Shown here one piece after another: positions 43,901 through 57,800 of a DNA stretch of 64,000 bases. The notes under the pieces were generated by a model that did no database searches, had not been told where the DNA came from, and saw only the letters and a program-made list of their open reading frames with translations. A program made the translations under genes and the position numbers. How positions within the stretch are numbered: position 1 is the stretch's first letter; each line of letters opens with the position of its first letter. This DNA is from Auanema rhodensis (Eukaryota > Animalia > Nematoda): contig OZ059900.1 in NCBI GenBank assembly GCA_964057225.1, positions 6,758,001-6,822,000 on the forward strand. The letters run 5' to 3'.

Positions 43901-46900
43901 GACTGATATGGAAAATCCACAACATACCCGTTTTCGTTTCGGACAAGAAAGTTCGGAAAACAACTGGTGTAATAAAGAAAAAATATAAGTTTATTTGTAC
44001 ATAGAAATTTTATTATATCAATATTATTTCATTTTGGAAGCTCAGTTACAGTAGTGGCAGATCAGAAAGAAGTGTCGACCAATTTTTAAATGGAGATAGA
44101 ACAAGATGGAAGACTTCTTTCAAATCTCATTTTCTATTCGATGATGTCCTATCAATTGTCTCAGTACCCGTTGCTCCCATCTTCAACTATGGAGACAAAG
44201 ATGTAGAAATACCTGTCAGAAACTTCAATAGTGCATTTATGCAACTATTTATTCGGCAGGAAGCAAACAATATACGGTAAAAATTTAAATTTTAATCGTT
44301 TATTTTTCATTAGGACCTTACTATTCCAATTGACTGATATGGAAAATCCACAACATACCCGTTTTCGTTTCGGACAAGAAAGTTCGGAAAACAACTGGTG
44401 TAATAAAGAAAAAATATAAGTTTATTTGTACATAGAAATTTTATTATATCAATATTATTTCATTTTGGAAGCTCAGTTACAGTAGTGGCAGATCAGAAAG
44501 AAGTGTCGACCAATTTTTAAATGGAGATAGAACAAGATGGAAGACTTCTTTCAAATCTCATTTTCTATTCGATGATGTCCTATCAATTGTCTCAGTACCC
44601 GTTGCTCCCATCTTCAACTATGGAGACAAAGATGTAGAAATACCTGTCAGAAACTTCAATAGTGCATTTATGCAACTATTTATTCGGCAGGAAGCAAACA
44701 ATATACGGTAAAAATTTAAATTTTAATCGTTTATTTTTCATTAGGACCTTACTATTCCAATTGACTGATATGGAAAATCCACAACATACCCGTTTTCGTT
44801 TCGGACAAGAAAGTTCGGAAAACAACTGGTGTAATAAAGAAAAAATATAAGTTTATTTGTACATAGAAATTTTATTATATCAATATTATTTCATTTTGGA
44901 AGCTCAGTTACAGTAGTGGCAGATCAGAAAGAAGTGTCGACCAATTTTTAAATGGAGATAGAACAAGATGGAAGACTTCTTTCAAATCTCATTTTCTATT
45001 CGATGATGTCCTATCAATTGTCTCAGTACCCGTTGCTCCCATCTTCAACTATGGAGACAAAGATGTAGAAATACCTGTCAGAAACTTCAATAGTGCATTT
45101 ATGCAACTATTTATTCGGCAGGAAGCAAACAATATACGGTAAAAATTTAAATTTTAATCGTTTATTTTTCATTAGGACCTTACTATTCCAATTGACTGAT
45201 ATGGAAAATCCACAACATACCCGTTTTCGTTTCGGACAAGAAAGTTCGGAAAACAACTGGTGTAATAAAGAAAAAATATAAGTTTATTTGTACATAGAAA
45301 TTTTATTATATCAATATTATTTCATTTTGGAAGCTCAGTTACAGTAGTGGCAGATCAGAAAGAAGTGTCGACCAATTTTTAAATGGAGATAGAACAAGAT
45401 GGAAGACTTCTTTCAAATCTCATTTTCTATTCGATGATGTCCTATCAATTGTCTCAGTACCCGTTGCTCCCATCTTCAACTATGGAGACAAAGATGTAGA
45501 AATACCTGTCAGAAACTTCAATAGTGCATTTATGCAACTATTTATTCGGCAGGAAGCAAACAATATACGGTAAAAATTTAAATTTTAATCGTTTATTTTT
45601 CATTAGGACCTTACTATTCCAATTGACTGATATGGAAAATCCACAACATACCCGTTTTCGTTTCGGACAAGAAAGTTCGGAAAACAACTGGTGTAATAAA
45701 GAAAAAATATAAGTTTATTTGTACATAGAAATTTTATTATATCAATATTATTTCATTTTGGAAGCTCAGTTACAGTAGTGGCAGATCAGAAAGAAGTGTC
45801 GACCAATTTTTAAATGGAGATAGAACAAGATGGAAGACTTCTTTCAAATCTCATTTTCTATTCGATGATGTCCTATCAATTGTCTCAGTACCCGTTGCTC
45901 CCATCTTCAACTATGGAGACAAAGATGTAGAAATACCTGTCAGAAACTTCAATAGTGCATTTATGCAACTATTTATTCGGCAGGAAGCAAACAATATACG
46001 GTAAAAATTTAAATTTTAATCGTTTATTTTTCATTAGGACCTTACTATTCCAATTGACTGATATGGAAAATCCACAACATACCCGTTTTCGTTTCGGACA
46101 AGAAAGTTCGGAAAACAACTGGTGTAATAAAGAAAAAATATAAGTTTATTTGTACATAGAAATTTTATTATATCAATATCATTTCATTTTGGAAGCTCAG
46201 TTACAGTAGTGGCAGATCAGAAAGAAGTGTCGACCAATTTTTAAATGGAGATAGAACAAGATGGAAGACTTCTTTCAAATCTCATTTTCTATTCGATGAT
46301 GTCCTATCAATTGTCTCAGTACCCGTTGCTCCCATCTCCAACTATGGAGACAAAGATGTAGAAATACCTGTCAGAAACTTCAATAGTGCATTTATGCAAC
46401 TATTTATTCGGCAGGAAGCAAACAATATACGGTAAAAATTTAAATTTTAATCGTTTATTTTTCATTAGGACCTTACTAATCCAATTCACTGACATGGAAA
46501 ATCCACAACATACCCGTTTTCGTTTCGGACAAGAAAGTTCGGAAAACAACTGGTGTAATAAAGAAAAAATATAAGTTTATTTGTACATAGAAATTTTATT
46601 ATATCAATATTATTTCATTTTGGAAGCTCAGTTACAGTAGTGGCAGATCAGAAAGAAGTGTCGACCAATTTTTAAATGGAGATAGAACAAGATGGAAGAC
46701 TTCTTTCAAATCTCATTTTCTATTCGATGATGTCCTATCAATTGTCTCAGTACCCGTTGCTCCCATCTCCAACTATGGAGACAAAGATGTAGAAATACCT
46801 GTCAGAAACTTCAATAGTGCATTTATGCAACTATTTATTCGGCAGGAAGCAAACAATATACGGTAAAAATTTAAATTTTAATCGTTTATTTTTCATTAGG

Positions 46901-48895
46901 ACCTTACTAATCCAATTCACTGACATGGAAAATCCACAACATACCCGTTTTCGTTTCGGACAAGAAAGTTCGGAAAACAACTGGTGTAATAAAGAAAAAA
47001 TATAAGTTTATTTGTACATAGAAATTTTATTATATCAATATTATTTCATTTTGGAAGCTCAGTTACAGTAGTGGCAGATCAGAAAGAAGTGTCGACCAAT
47101 TTTTAAATGGAGATAGAACAAGATGGAAGACTTCTTTCAAATCTCATTTTCTATTCGATGATGTCCTATCAATTGCCTCAGTACCCGATGCTCCCATCTC
47201 CAACTATGAAGATAAAGATGTAGAAATACCTGTCAGAAACTTCAATAGTGCATTTATGCAACTATTTATTCGGCAGGAAGCAAACAATATACGGTAAAAA
47301 TTTAAATTTTAATCGTTTATTTTTCATTAGGACCTTACTATTCCAATTGACTGATATGGAAAATCCACAACATACCCGTTTTCGCTTCGGACAAGAAAGT
47401 TCGGAAAACAACTGGTGTAATAAAGAAAAAATATAAGTTTATTTGTACATAGAAATTTTATTATATCAATATTATTTCATTTTGGAAGCTCAGTTACAGT
47501 AGTGGCAGATCAGAAAGAAGTGTCGACCAATTTTTAAATGGAGATAGAACAAGATGGAAGACTTCTTTCAAATCTCATTTTCTATTCGATGATGTCCTAT
47601 CAATTGTCTCAGTACCCGTTGCTCCCATCTCCAACTATGGAGACAAAGATGTAGAAATACCTGTCAGAAACTTCAATAGTGCATTTATGCAACTATTTAT
47701 TCGGCAGGAAGCAAACAATATACGGTAAAAATTTAAATTTTAATCGTTTATTTTTCATTAGGACCTTACTAATCCAATTCACTGACATGGAAAATCCACA
47801 ACATACCCGTTTTCGTTTCGGACAAGAAAGTTCGGAAAACAACTGGTGTAATAAAGAAAAAATATAAGTTTATTTGTACATAGAAATTTTATTATATCAA
47901 TATTATTTCATTTTGGAAGCTCAGTTACAGTAGTGGCAGATCAGAAAGAAGTGTCGACCAATTTTTAAATGGAGATAGAACAAGATGGAAGACTTCTTTC
48001 AAATCTCATTTTCTATTCGATGATGTCCTATCAATTGTCTCAGTACCCGTTGCTCCCATCTCCAACTATGGAGACAAAGATGTAGAAATACCTGTCAGAA
48101 ACTTCAATAGTGCATTTATGCAACTATTTATTCGGCAGGAAGCAAACAATATACGGTAAAAATTTAAATTTTAATCGTTTATTTTTCATTAGGACCTTAC
48201 TAATCCAATTCACTGACATGGAAAATCCACAACATACCCGTTTTCGTTTCGGACAAGAAAGTTCGGAAAACAACTGGTGTAATAAAGAAAAAATATAAGT
48301 TTATTTGTACATAGAAATTTTATTATATCAATATTATTTCATTTTGGAAGCTCAGTTACAGTAGTGGCAGATCAGAAAGAAGTGTCGACCAATTTTTAAA
48401 TGGAGATAGAACAAGATGGAAGACTTCTTTCAAATCTCATTTTCTATTCGATGATGTCCTATCAATTGTCTCAGTACCCGTTGCTCCCATCTTCAACTAT
48501 GGAGACAAAGATGTTTAAATTCCTGTTAGAAGCTTTGATAATGCATTTATGCAACTATTTATTCGGCAGGAAGCAAACAATATACGGTAAAAATTTAAAT
48601 TTTAATCGTTTGTTTTTCATTAGGACCTTACTAATCCAATTCACTGACATGGAAAATCCACAACATACCCGTTTTCGTTTCGGACAAGAAAGTTCGGAAA
48701 ACAACTGGTGTAATAAAGAAAAAATATAAGTTTATTTGTACATAGAAATTTTATTATATCAATATTATTTCATTTTGGAAGCTCAGTTACAGTAGTGGCA
48801 GATCAGAAAGAAGTGTCGACCAAATTTTAAATGGAGATAGAACAAGATGGAAGACTTCTTTCAAATCTCATTTTCTATTCGATGATGTCCTATCA
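28973..48895 (+). repeat. Tandem array B: ~46 copies of a 431-bp USP7-derived monomer
   Basis: ORF period is 431 bp (29146, 29577 ... 48110). The monomer corresponds to USP7 exon 11-intron 11-5' exon 12 (~9258-9556) joined to intron 13/exon 14 (~9914-10005), plus a short exon 10/intron 10 remnant. Confidence 0.97.
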
Positions 48896-51800
48896 ATTGC
48901 CTCAGTACCCGATGCTCCCATCTCCAACTATGAAGATAAAGATGTTTAAATTCCTGTTAGAAGCTTTGATAATGCATTTATGCAACTATTTATTCGGCAG
49001 GAAGCAAACAATATACGGTAAAAATTTAAATTTTAATCGTTTATTTTTCATTAGGACCTTACTATTCTAATTGACTGATATGGAAAATCCACAACATACC
49101 CGTTTTCGTTTCGAACAAGAAAGTTCGGAAGACAACTAGCATGAAAAAAGAGATGTGGAAGTTAATTAGTACATGGAAGTTTATTATAAGAATAGTATTC
49201 CTTTTGGGAGCTCAGTTACGGCAATGGCAGATAACCTCAAATGGAGATAGATCTGGACTTCTTTCGAAACTCATTTTCTATTTGTTAACAATTTTTTTAG
49301 TTATTATTTTGAAGAGTGGAGTATGTTTGACGATGATGTCCTATCAATTGCCTCAGTACCCGATGCTCCCATCTCCAACTATGAAGATAAAGATGTTTAA
49401 ATTCCTGTTAGAAGCTTTGATAGTGCATTTATGCAACTATTTATTCGGCAGGAAGCAAACAATATACGGTAAAAATTTAAATTTTAATCGTTTATTTTTC
49501 ATTAGGACCTTACTATTCTAATTGACTGATATGGAAAATCCACAACATACCCGTTTTCGTTTCGAACAAGAAAGTTCGGAAGACAACTAGCATGAAAAAA
49601 GAGATGTGGAAGTTAATTAGTACATGGAAGTGTATTATAAGAATAGTATTCCTTTTGGGAGCTCAGTTACGGTAATGGCAGATAACCTCAAATGGAGATA
49701 GATCTGGACTTCTTTCGAAACTCATTTTCTATTCGTTAACAATTTTTTTAGTTATTATTTTGAAGAGTGGAGTATGTTTGACGATGATGTCCTATCAATT
49801 GCCTCAGTACCCGATGCTCCCATCTCCAACTATGAAGATAAAGATGTTTAAATTCCTGTTAGAAGCTTTGATAGTGCATTTATGCAACTATTTATTCGGC
49901 AGGAAGCAAACAATATACGGTAAAAATTTAAATTTTAATCGTTTATTTTTCATTAGGACCTTACTATTCTAATTGACTGATATGGAAAATCCACAACATA
50001 CCCGTTTTCGTTTCGAACAAGAAAGTTCGGAAGACAACTAGCATGAAAAAAGAGATGTGGAAGTTAATTAGTACATGGAAGTGTATTATAAGAATAGTAT
50101 TCCTTTTGGGAGCTCAGTTACGGTAATGGCAGATAACCTCAAATGGAGATAGATCTGGACTTCTTTCGAAACTCATTTTCTATTCGTTAACAATTTTTTT
50201 AGTTATTATTTTGAAGAGTGGAGTATGTTTGACGATGATGTCCTATCAATTGCCTCAGTACCCGATGCTCCCATCTCCAACTATGAAGATAAAGATGTTT
50301 AAATTCCTGTTAGAAGCTTTGATAGTGCATTTATGCAACTATTTATTCGGCAGGAAGCAAACAATATACGGTAAAAATTTAAATTTTAATCGTTTATTTT
50401 TCATTAGGACCTTACTATTCTAATTGACTGATATGGAAAATCCACAACATACCCGTTTTCGTTTCGAACAAGAAAGTTCGGAAGACAACTAGCATGAAAA
50501 AAGAGATGTGGAAGTTAATTAGTACATGGAAGTGTATTATAAGAATAGTATTCCTTTTGGGAGCTCAGTTACGGTAATGGCAGATAACCTCAAATGGAGA
50601 TAGATCTGGACTTCTTTCGAAACTCATTTTCTATTCGTTAACAATTTTTTTAGTTATTATTTTGAAGAGTGGAGTATGTTTGACGATGATGTCCTATCAA
50701 TTGCCTCAGTACCCGATGCTCCCATCTCCAACTATGAAGATAAAGATGTTTAAATTCCTGTTAGAAGCTTTGATAGTGCATTTATGCAACTATTTATTCG
50801 GCAGGAAGCAAACAATATACGGTAAAAATTTAAATTTTAATCGTTTATTTTTCATTAGGACCTTACTATTCTAATTGACTGATATGGAAAATCCACAACA
50901 TACCCGTTTTCGTTTCGAACAAGAAAGTTCGGAAGACAACTAGCATGAAAAAAGAGATGTGGAAGTTAATTAGTACATGGAAGTGTATTATAAGAATAGT
51001 ATTCCTTTTGGGAGCTCAGTTACGGTAATGGCAGATAACCTCAAATGGAGATAGATCTGGACTTCTTTCGAAACTCATTTTCTATTCGTTAACAATTTTT
51101 TTAGTTATTATTTTGAAGAGTGGAGTATGTTTGACGATGATGTCCTATCAATTGCCTCAGTACCCGATGCTCCCATCTCCAACTATGAAGATAAAGATGT
51201 TTAAATTCCTGTTAGAAGCTTTGATAGTGCATTTATGCAACTATTTATTCGGCAGGAAGCAAACAATATACGGTAAAAATTTAAATTTTAATCGTTTATT
51301 TTTCATTAGGACCTTACTATTCTAATTGACTGATATGGAAAATCCACAACATACCCGTTTTCGTTTCGAACAAGAAAGTTCGGAAGACAACTAGCATGAA
51401 AAAAGAGATGTGGAAGTTAATTAGTACATGGAAGTTTATTATAAGAATAGTATTCCTTTTGGGAGCTCAGTTACGGTAATGGCAGATAACCTCAAATGGA
51501 GATAGATCTGGACTTCTTTCGAAACTCATTTTCTATTCGTTAACAATTTTTTTAGTTATTATTTTGAAGAGTGGAGTATGTTTAACGATGATGTCCTATC
51601 AATTGCCTCAGTACCCGATGCTCCCATCTCCAACTATGAAGATAAAGATGTTTAAATTCCTGTTAGAAGCTTTGATAGTGCATTTATGCAACTATTTATT
51701 CGGCAGGAAGCAAACAATATACGGTAAAAATTTAAATTTTAATCGTTTATTTTTCATTAGGACCTTACTATTCTAATTGACTGATATGGAAAATCCACAA

Positions 51801-54800
51801 CATACCCGTTTTCGTTTCGAACAAGAAAGTTCGGAAGACAACTAGCATGAAAAAAGAGATGTGGAAGTTAATTAGTACATGGAAGTTTATTATAAGAATA
51901 GTATTCCTTTTGGGAGCTCAGTTACGGTAATGGCAGATAACCTCAAATGGAGATAGATCTGGACTTCTTTCGAAACTCATTTTCTATTCGTTAACAATTT
52001 TTTTAGTTATTATTTTGAAGAGTGGAGTATGTTTGACGATGATGTCCTATCAATTGCCTCAGTACCCGATGCTCCCATCTCCAACTATGAAGATAAAGAT
52101 GTTTAAATTCCTGTTAGAAGCTTTGATAGTGCATTTATGCAACTATTTATTCGGCAGGAAGCAAACAATATACGGTAAAAATTTAAATTTTAATCGTTTA
52201 TTTTTCATTAGGACCTTACTATTCTAATTGACTGATATGGAAAATCCACAACATACCCGTTTTCGTTTCGAACAAGAAAGTTCGGAAGACAACTAGCATG
52301 AAAAAAGAGATGTGGAAGTTAATTAGTACATGGAAGTTTATTATAAGAATAGTATTCCTTTTGGGAGCTCAGTTACGGTAATGGCAGATAACCTCAAATG
52401 GAGATAGATCTGGACTTCTTTCGAAACTCATTTTCTATTCGTTAACAATTTTTTTAGTTATTATTTTGAAGAGTGGAGTATGTTTGACGATGATGTCCTA
52501 TCAATTGCCTCAGTACCCGATGCTCCCATCTCCAACTATGAAGATAAAGATGTTTAAATTCCTGTTAGAAGCTTTGATAGTGCATTTATGCAACTATTTA
52601 TTCGGCAGGAAGCAAACAATATACAGTAAAAATTTAAATTTTAATCGTTTATTTTTCATTAGGACCTTACTATTCTAATTGACTGATATGGAAAATCCAC
52701 AACATACCCGTTTTCGTTTCGAACAAGAAAGTTCGGAAGACAACTAGCATGAAAAAAGAGATGTGGAAGTTAATTAGTACATGGAAGTTTATTATAAGAA
52801 TAGTATTCCTTTTGGGAGCTCAGTTACGGTAATGGCAGATAATCTCAAATGGAGATAGATCTGGACTTCTTTCGAAACTCATTTTCTATTCGTTAACAAT
52901 TTTTTTAGTTATTATTTTGAAGAGTGGAGTATGTTTGACGATGATGTCCTATCAATTGCCTCAGTACCCGATGCTCCCATCTCCAACTATGAAGATAAAG
53001 ATGTTTAAATTCCTGTTAGAAGCTTTGATAATGCATTTATGCAACTATTTATTCGGCAGGAAGCAAACAATATACGGTAAAAATTTAAATTTTAATCGTT
53101 TATTTTTCATTAGGACCTTACTATTCTAATTGACTGATATGGAAAATCCACAACATACCCGTTTTCGTTTCGAACAAGAAAGTTCGGAAGACAACTAGCA
53201 TGAAAAAAGAGATGTGGAAGTTAATTAGTACATGGAAGTTTATTATAAGAATAGTATTCCTTTTGGGAGCTCAGTTACGGTAATGGCAGATAACCTCAAA
53301 TGGAGATAGATCTGGACTTCTTTCGAAACTCATTTTCTATTCGTTAACAATTTTTTTAGTTATTGTTTTGAAGAGTGGAGTATGTTTGACGATGATGTCC
53401 TATCAATTGCCTCAGTACCCGATGCTCCCATCTCCAACTATGAAGATAAAGATGTTTAAATTCCTGTTAGAAGCTTTGATAGTGCATTTATGCAACTATT
53501 TATTCGGCAGGAAGCAAACAATATACGGTAAAAATTTAAATTTTAATCGTTTATTTTTCATTAGGACCTTACTATTCTAATTGACTGATATGGAAAATCC
53601 ACAACATACCCGTTTTCGTTTCGAACAAGAAAGTTCGGAAGACAACTAGCATGAAAAAAGAGATGTGGAAGTTAATTAGTACATGGAAGTTTATTATAAG
53701 AATAGTATTCCTTTTGGGAGCTCAGTTACGGTAATGGCAGATAACCTCAAATGGAGATAGATCTGGACTTCTTTCGAAACTCATTTTCTATTCGTTAACA
53801 ATTTTTTTAGTTATTATTTTGAAGAGTGGAGTATGTTTGACGATGATGTCCTATCAATTGCCTCAGTACCCGATGCTCCCATCTCCAACTATGAAGATAA
53901 AGATGTTTAAATTCCTGTTAGAAGCTTTGATAATGCATTTATGCAACTATTTATTCGGCAGGAAGCAAACAATATACGGTAAAAATTTAAATTTTAATCG
54001 TTTATTTTTCATTAGGACCTTACTATTCTAATTGACTGATATGGAAAATCCACAACATACCCGTTTTCGTTTCGAACAAGAAAGTTCGGAAGACAACTAG
54101 CATGAAAAAAGAGATGTGGAAGTTAATTAGTACATGGAAGTTTATTATAAGAATAGTATTCCTTTTGGGAGCTCAGTTACGGTAATGGCAGATAACCTCA
54201 AATGGAGATAGATCTGGACTTCTTTCGAAACTCATTTTCTATTCGTTAACAATTTTTTTAGTTATTATTTTGAAGAGTGGAGTATGTTTGACGATGATGT
54301 CCTATCAATTGCCTCAGTACCCGATGCTCCCATCTCCAACTATGAAGATAAAGATGTTTAAATTCCTGTTAGAAGCTTTGATAATGCATTTATGCAACTA
54401 TTTATTCGGCAGGAAGCAAACAATATACGGTAAAAATTTAAATTTTAATCGTTTATTTTTCATTAGGACCTTACTATTCTAATTGACTGATATGGAAAAT
54501 CCACAACATACCCGTTTTCGTTTCGAACAAGAAAGTTCGGAAGACAACTAGCATGAAAAAAGAGATGTGGAAGTTAATTAGTACATGGAAGTTTATTATA
54601 AGAATAGTATTCCTTTTGGGAGCTCAGTTACGGTAATGGCAGATAACCTCAAATGGAGATAGATCTGGACTTCTTTCGAAACTCATTTTCTATTCGTTAA
54701 CAATTTTTTTAGTTATTATTTTGAAGAGTGGAGTATGTTTGACGATGATGTCCTATCAATTGCCTCAGTACCCGATGCTCCCATCTCCAACTATGAAGAT

Positions 54801-57800
54801 AAAGATGTTTAAATTCCTGTTAGAAGCTTTGATAATGCATTTATGCAACTATTTATTCGGCAGGAAGCAAACAATATACGGTAAAAATTTAAATTTTAAT
54901 CGTTTATTTTTCATTAGGACCTTACTATTCTAATTGACTGATATGGAAAATCCACAACATACCCGTTTTCGTTTCGAACAAGAAAGTTCGGAAGACAACT
55001 AGCATGAAAAAAGAGATGTGGAAGTTAATTAGTACATGGAAGTTTATTATAAGAATAGTATTCCTTTTGGGAGCTCAGTTACGGTAATGGCAGATAACCT
55101 CAAATGGAGATAGATCTGGACTTCTTTCGAAACTCATTTTCTATTCGTTAACAATTTTTTTAGTTATTATTTTGAAGAGTGGAGTATGTTTGACGATGAT
55201 GTCCTATCAATTGCCTCAGTACCCGATGCTCCCATCTCCAACTATGAAGATAAAGATGTTTAAATTCCTGTTAGAAGCTTTGATAGTGCATTTATGCAAC
55301 TATTTATTCGGCAGGAAGCAAACAATATACGGTAAAAATTTAAATTTTAATCGTTTATTTTTCATTAGGACCTTACTATTCTAATTGACTGATATGGAAA
55401 ATCCACAACATACCCGTTTTCGTTTCGAACAAGAAAGTTCGGAAGACAACTAGCATGAAAAAAGAGATGTGGAAGTTAATTAGTACATGGAAGTTTATTA
55501 TAAGAATAGTATTCCTTTTGGGAGCTCAGTTACGGTAATGGCAGATAACCTCAAATGGAGATAGATCTGGACTTCTTTCGAAACTCATTTTCTATTCGTT
55601 AACAATTTTTTTAGTTATTATTTTGAAGAGTGGAGTATGTTTGACGATGATGTCCTATCAATTGCCTCAGTACCCGATGCTCCCATCTCCAACTATGAAG
55701 ATAAAGATGTTTAAATTCCTGTTAGAAGCTTTGATAGTGCATTTATGCAACTATTTATTCGGCAGGAAGCAAACAATATACGGTAAAAATTTGAATTTTA
55801 ATCGTTTATTTTTCATTAGGACCTTACTATTCTAATTGACTGATATGGAAAATCCACAACATACCCGTTTTCGTTTCGAACAAGAAAGTTCGGAAGACAA
55901 CTAGCATGAAAAAAGAGATGTGGAAGTTAATTAGTACATGGAAGTTTATTATAAGAATAGTATTCCTTTTGGGAGCTCAGTTACGGTAATGGCAGATAAC
56001 CTCAAATGGAGATAGATCTGGACTTCTTTCGAAACTCATTTTCTATTCGTTAACAATTTTTTTAGTTATTATTTTGAAGAGTGGAGTATGTTTGACGATG
56101 ATGTCCTATCAATTGCCTCAGTACCCGATGCTCCCATCTCCAACTATGAAGATAAAGATGTTTAAATTCCTGTTAGAAGCTTTGATAGTGCATTTATGCA
56201 ACTATTTATTCGGCAGGAAGCAAACAATATACGGTAAAAATTTAAATTTTAATCGTTTATTTTTCATTAGGACCTTACTATTCTAATTGACTGATATGGA
56301 AAATCCACAACATACCCGTTTTCGTTTCGAACAAGAAAGTTCGGAAGACAACTAGCATGAAAAAAGAGATGTGGAAGTTAATTAGTACATGGAAGTTTAT
56401 TATAAGAATAGTATTCCTTTTGGGAGCTCAGTTACGGTAATGGCAGATAACCTCAAATGGAGATAGATCTGGACTTCTTTCGAAACTCATTTTCTATTCG
56501 TTAACAATTTTTTTAGTTATTATTTTGAAGAGTGGAGTATGTTTGACGATGATGTCCTATCAATTGCCTCAGTACCCGATGCTCCCATCTCCAACTATGA
56601 AGATAAAGATGTTTAAATTCCTGTTAGAAGCTTTGATAGTGCATTTATGCAACTATTTATTCGGCAGGAAGCAAACAATATACGGTAAAAATTTAAATTT
56701 TAATCGTTTATTTTTCATTAGGACCTTACTATTCTAATTGACTGATATGGAAAATCCACAACATACCCGTTTTCGTTTCGAACAAGAAAGTTCGGAAGAC
56801 AACTAGCATGAAAAAAGAGATGTGGAAGTTAATTAGTACATGGAAGTTTATTATAAGAATAGTATTCCTTTTGGGAGCTCAGTTACGGTAATGGCAGATA
56901 ACCTCAAATGGAGATAGATCTAGACTTCTTTCGAAACTCATTTTCTATTCGTTAACAATTTTTTTAGTTATTATTTTGAAGAGTGGAGTATGTTTGACGA
57001 TGATGTCCTATCAATTGCCTCAGTAGCCGATGCTCCCATCTCCAACTATGAAGATAAAGATGTTTAAATTCCTGTTAGAAGCTTTGATAGTGCATTTATG
57101 CAACTATTTATTCGGCAGGAAGCAAACAATATACGGTAAAAATTTAAATTTTAATCGTTTATTTTTCATTAGGACCTTACTATTCTAATTGACTGATATG
57201 GAAAATCCACAACATACCCGTTTTCGTTTCGAACAAGAAAGTTCGGAAGACAACTAGCATGAAAAAAGAGATGTGGAAGTTAATTAGTACATGGAAGTTT
57301 ATTATAAGAATAGTATTCCTTTTGGGAGCTCAGTTACGGTAATGGCAGATAACCTCAAATGGAGATAGATCTAGACTTCTTTCGAAACTCATTTTCTATT
57401 CGTTAACAATTTTTTTAGTTATTATTTTGAAGAGTGGAGTATGTTTGACGATGATGTCCTATCAATTGCCTCAGTAGCCGATGCTCCCATCTCCAACTAT
57501 GAAGATAAAGATGTTTAAATTCCTGTTAGAAGCTTTGATAGTGCATTTATGCAACTATTTATTCGGCAGGAAGCAAACAATATACGGTAAAAATTTAAAT
57601 TTTAATCGTTTATTTTTCATTAGGACCTTACTATTCTAATTGACTGATATGGAAAATCCACAACATACCCGTTTTCGTTTCGAACAAGAAAGTTCGGAAG
57701 ACAACTAGCATGAAAAAAGAGATGTGGAAGTTAATTAGTACATGGAAGTTTATTATAAGAATAGTATTCCTTTTGGGAGCTCAGTTACGGTAATGGCAGA

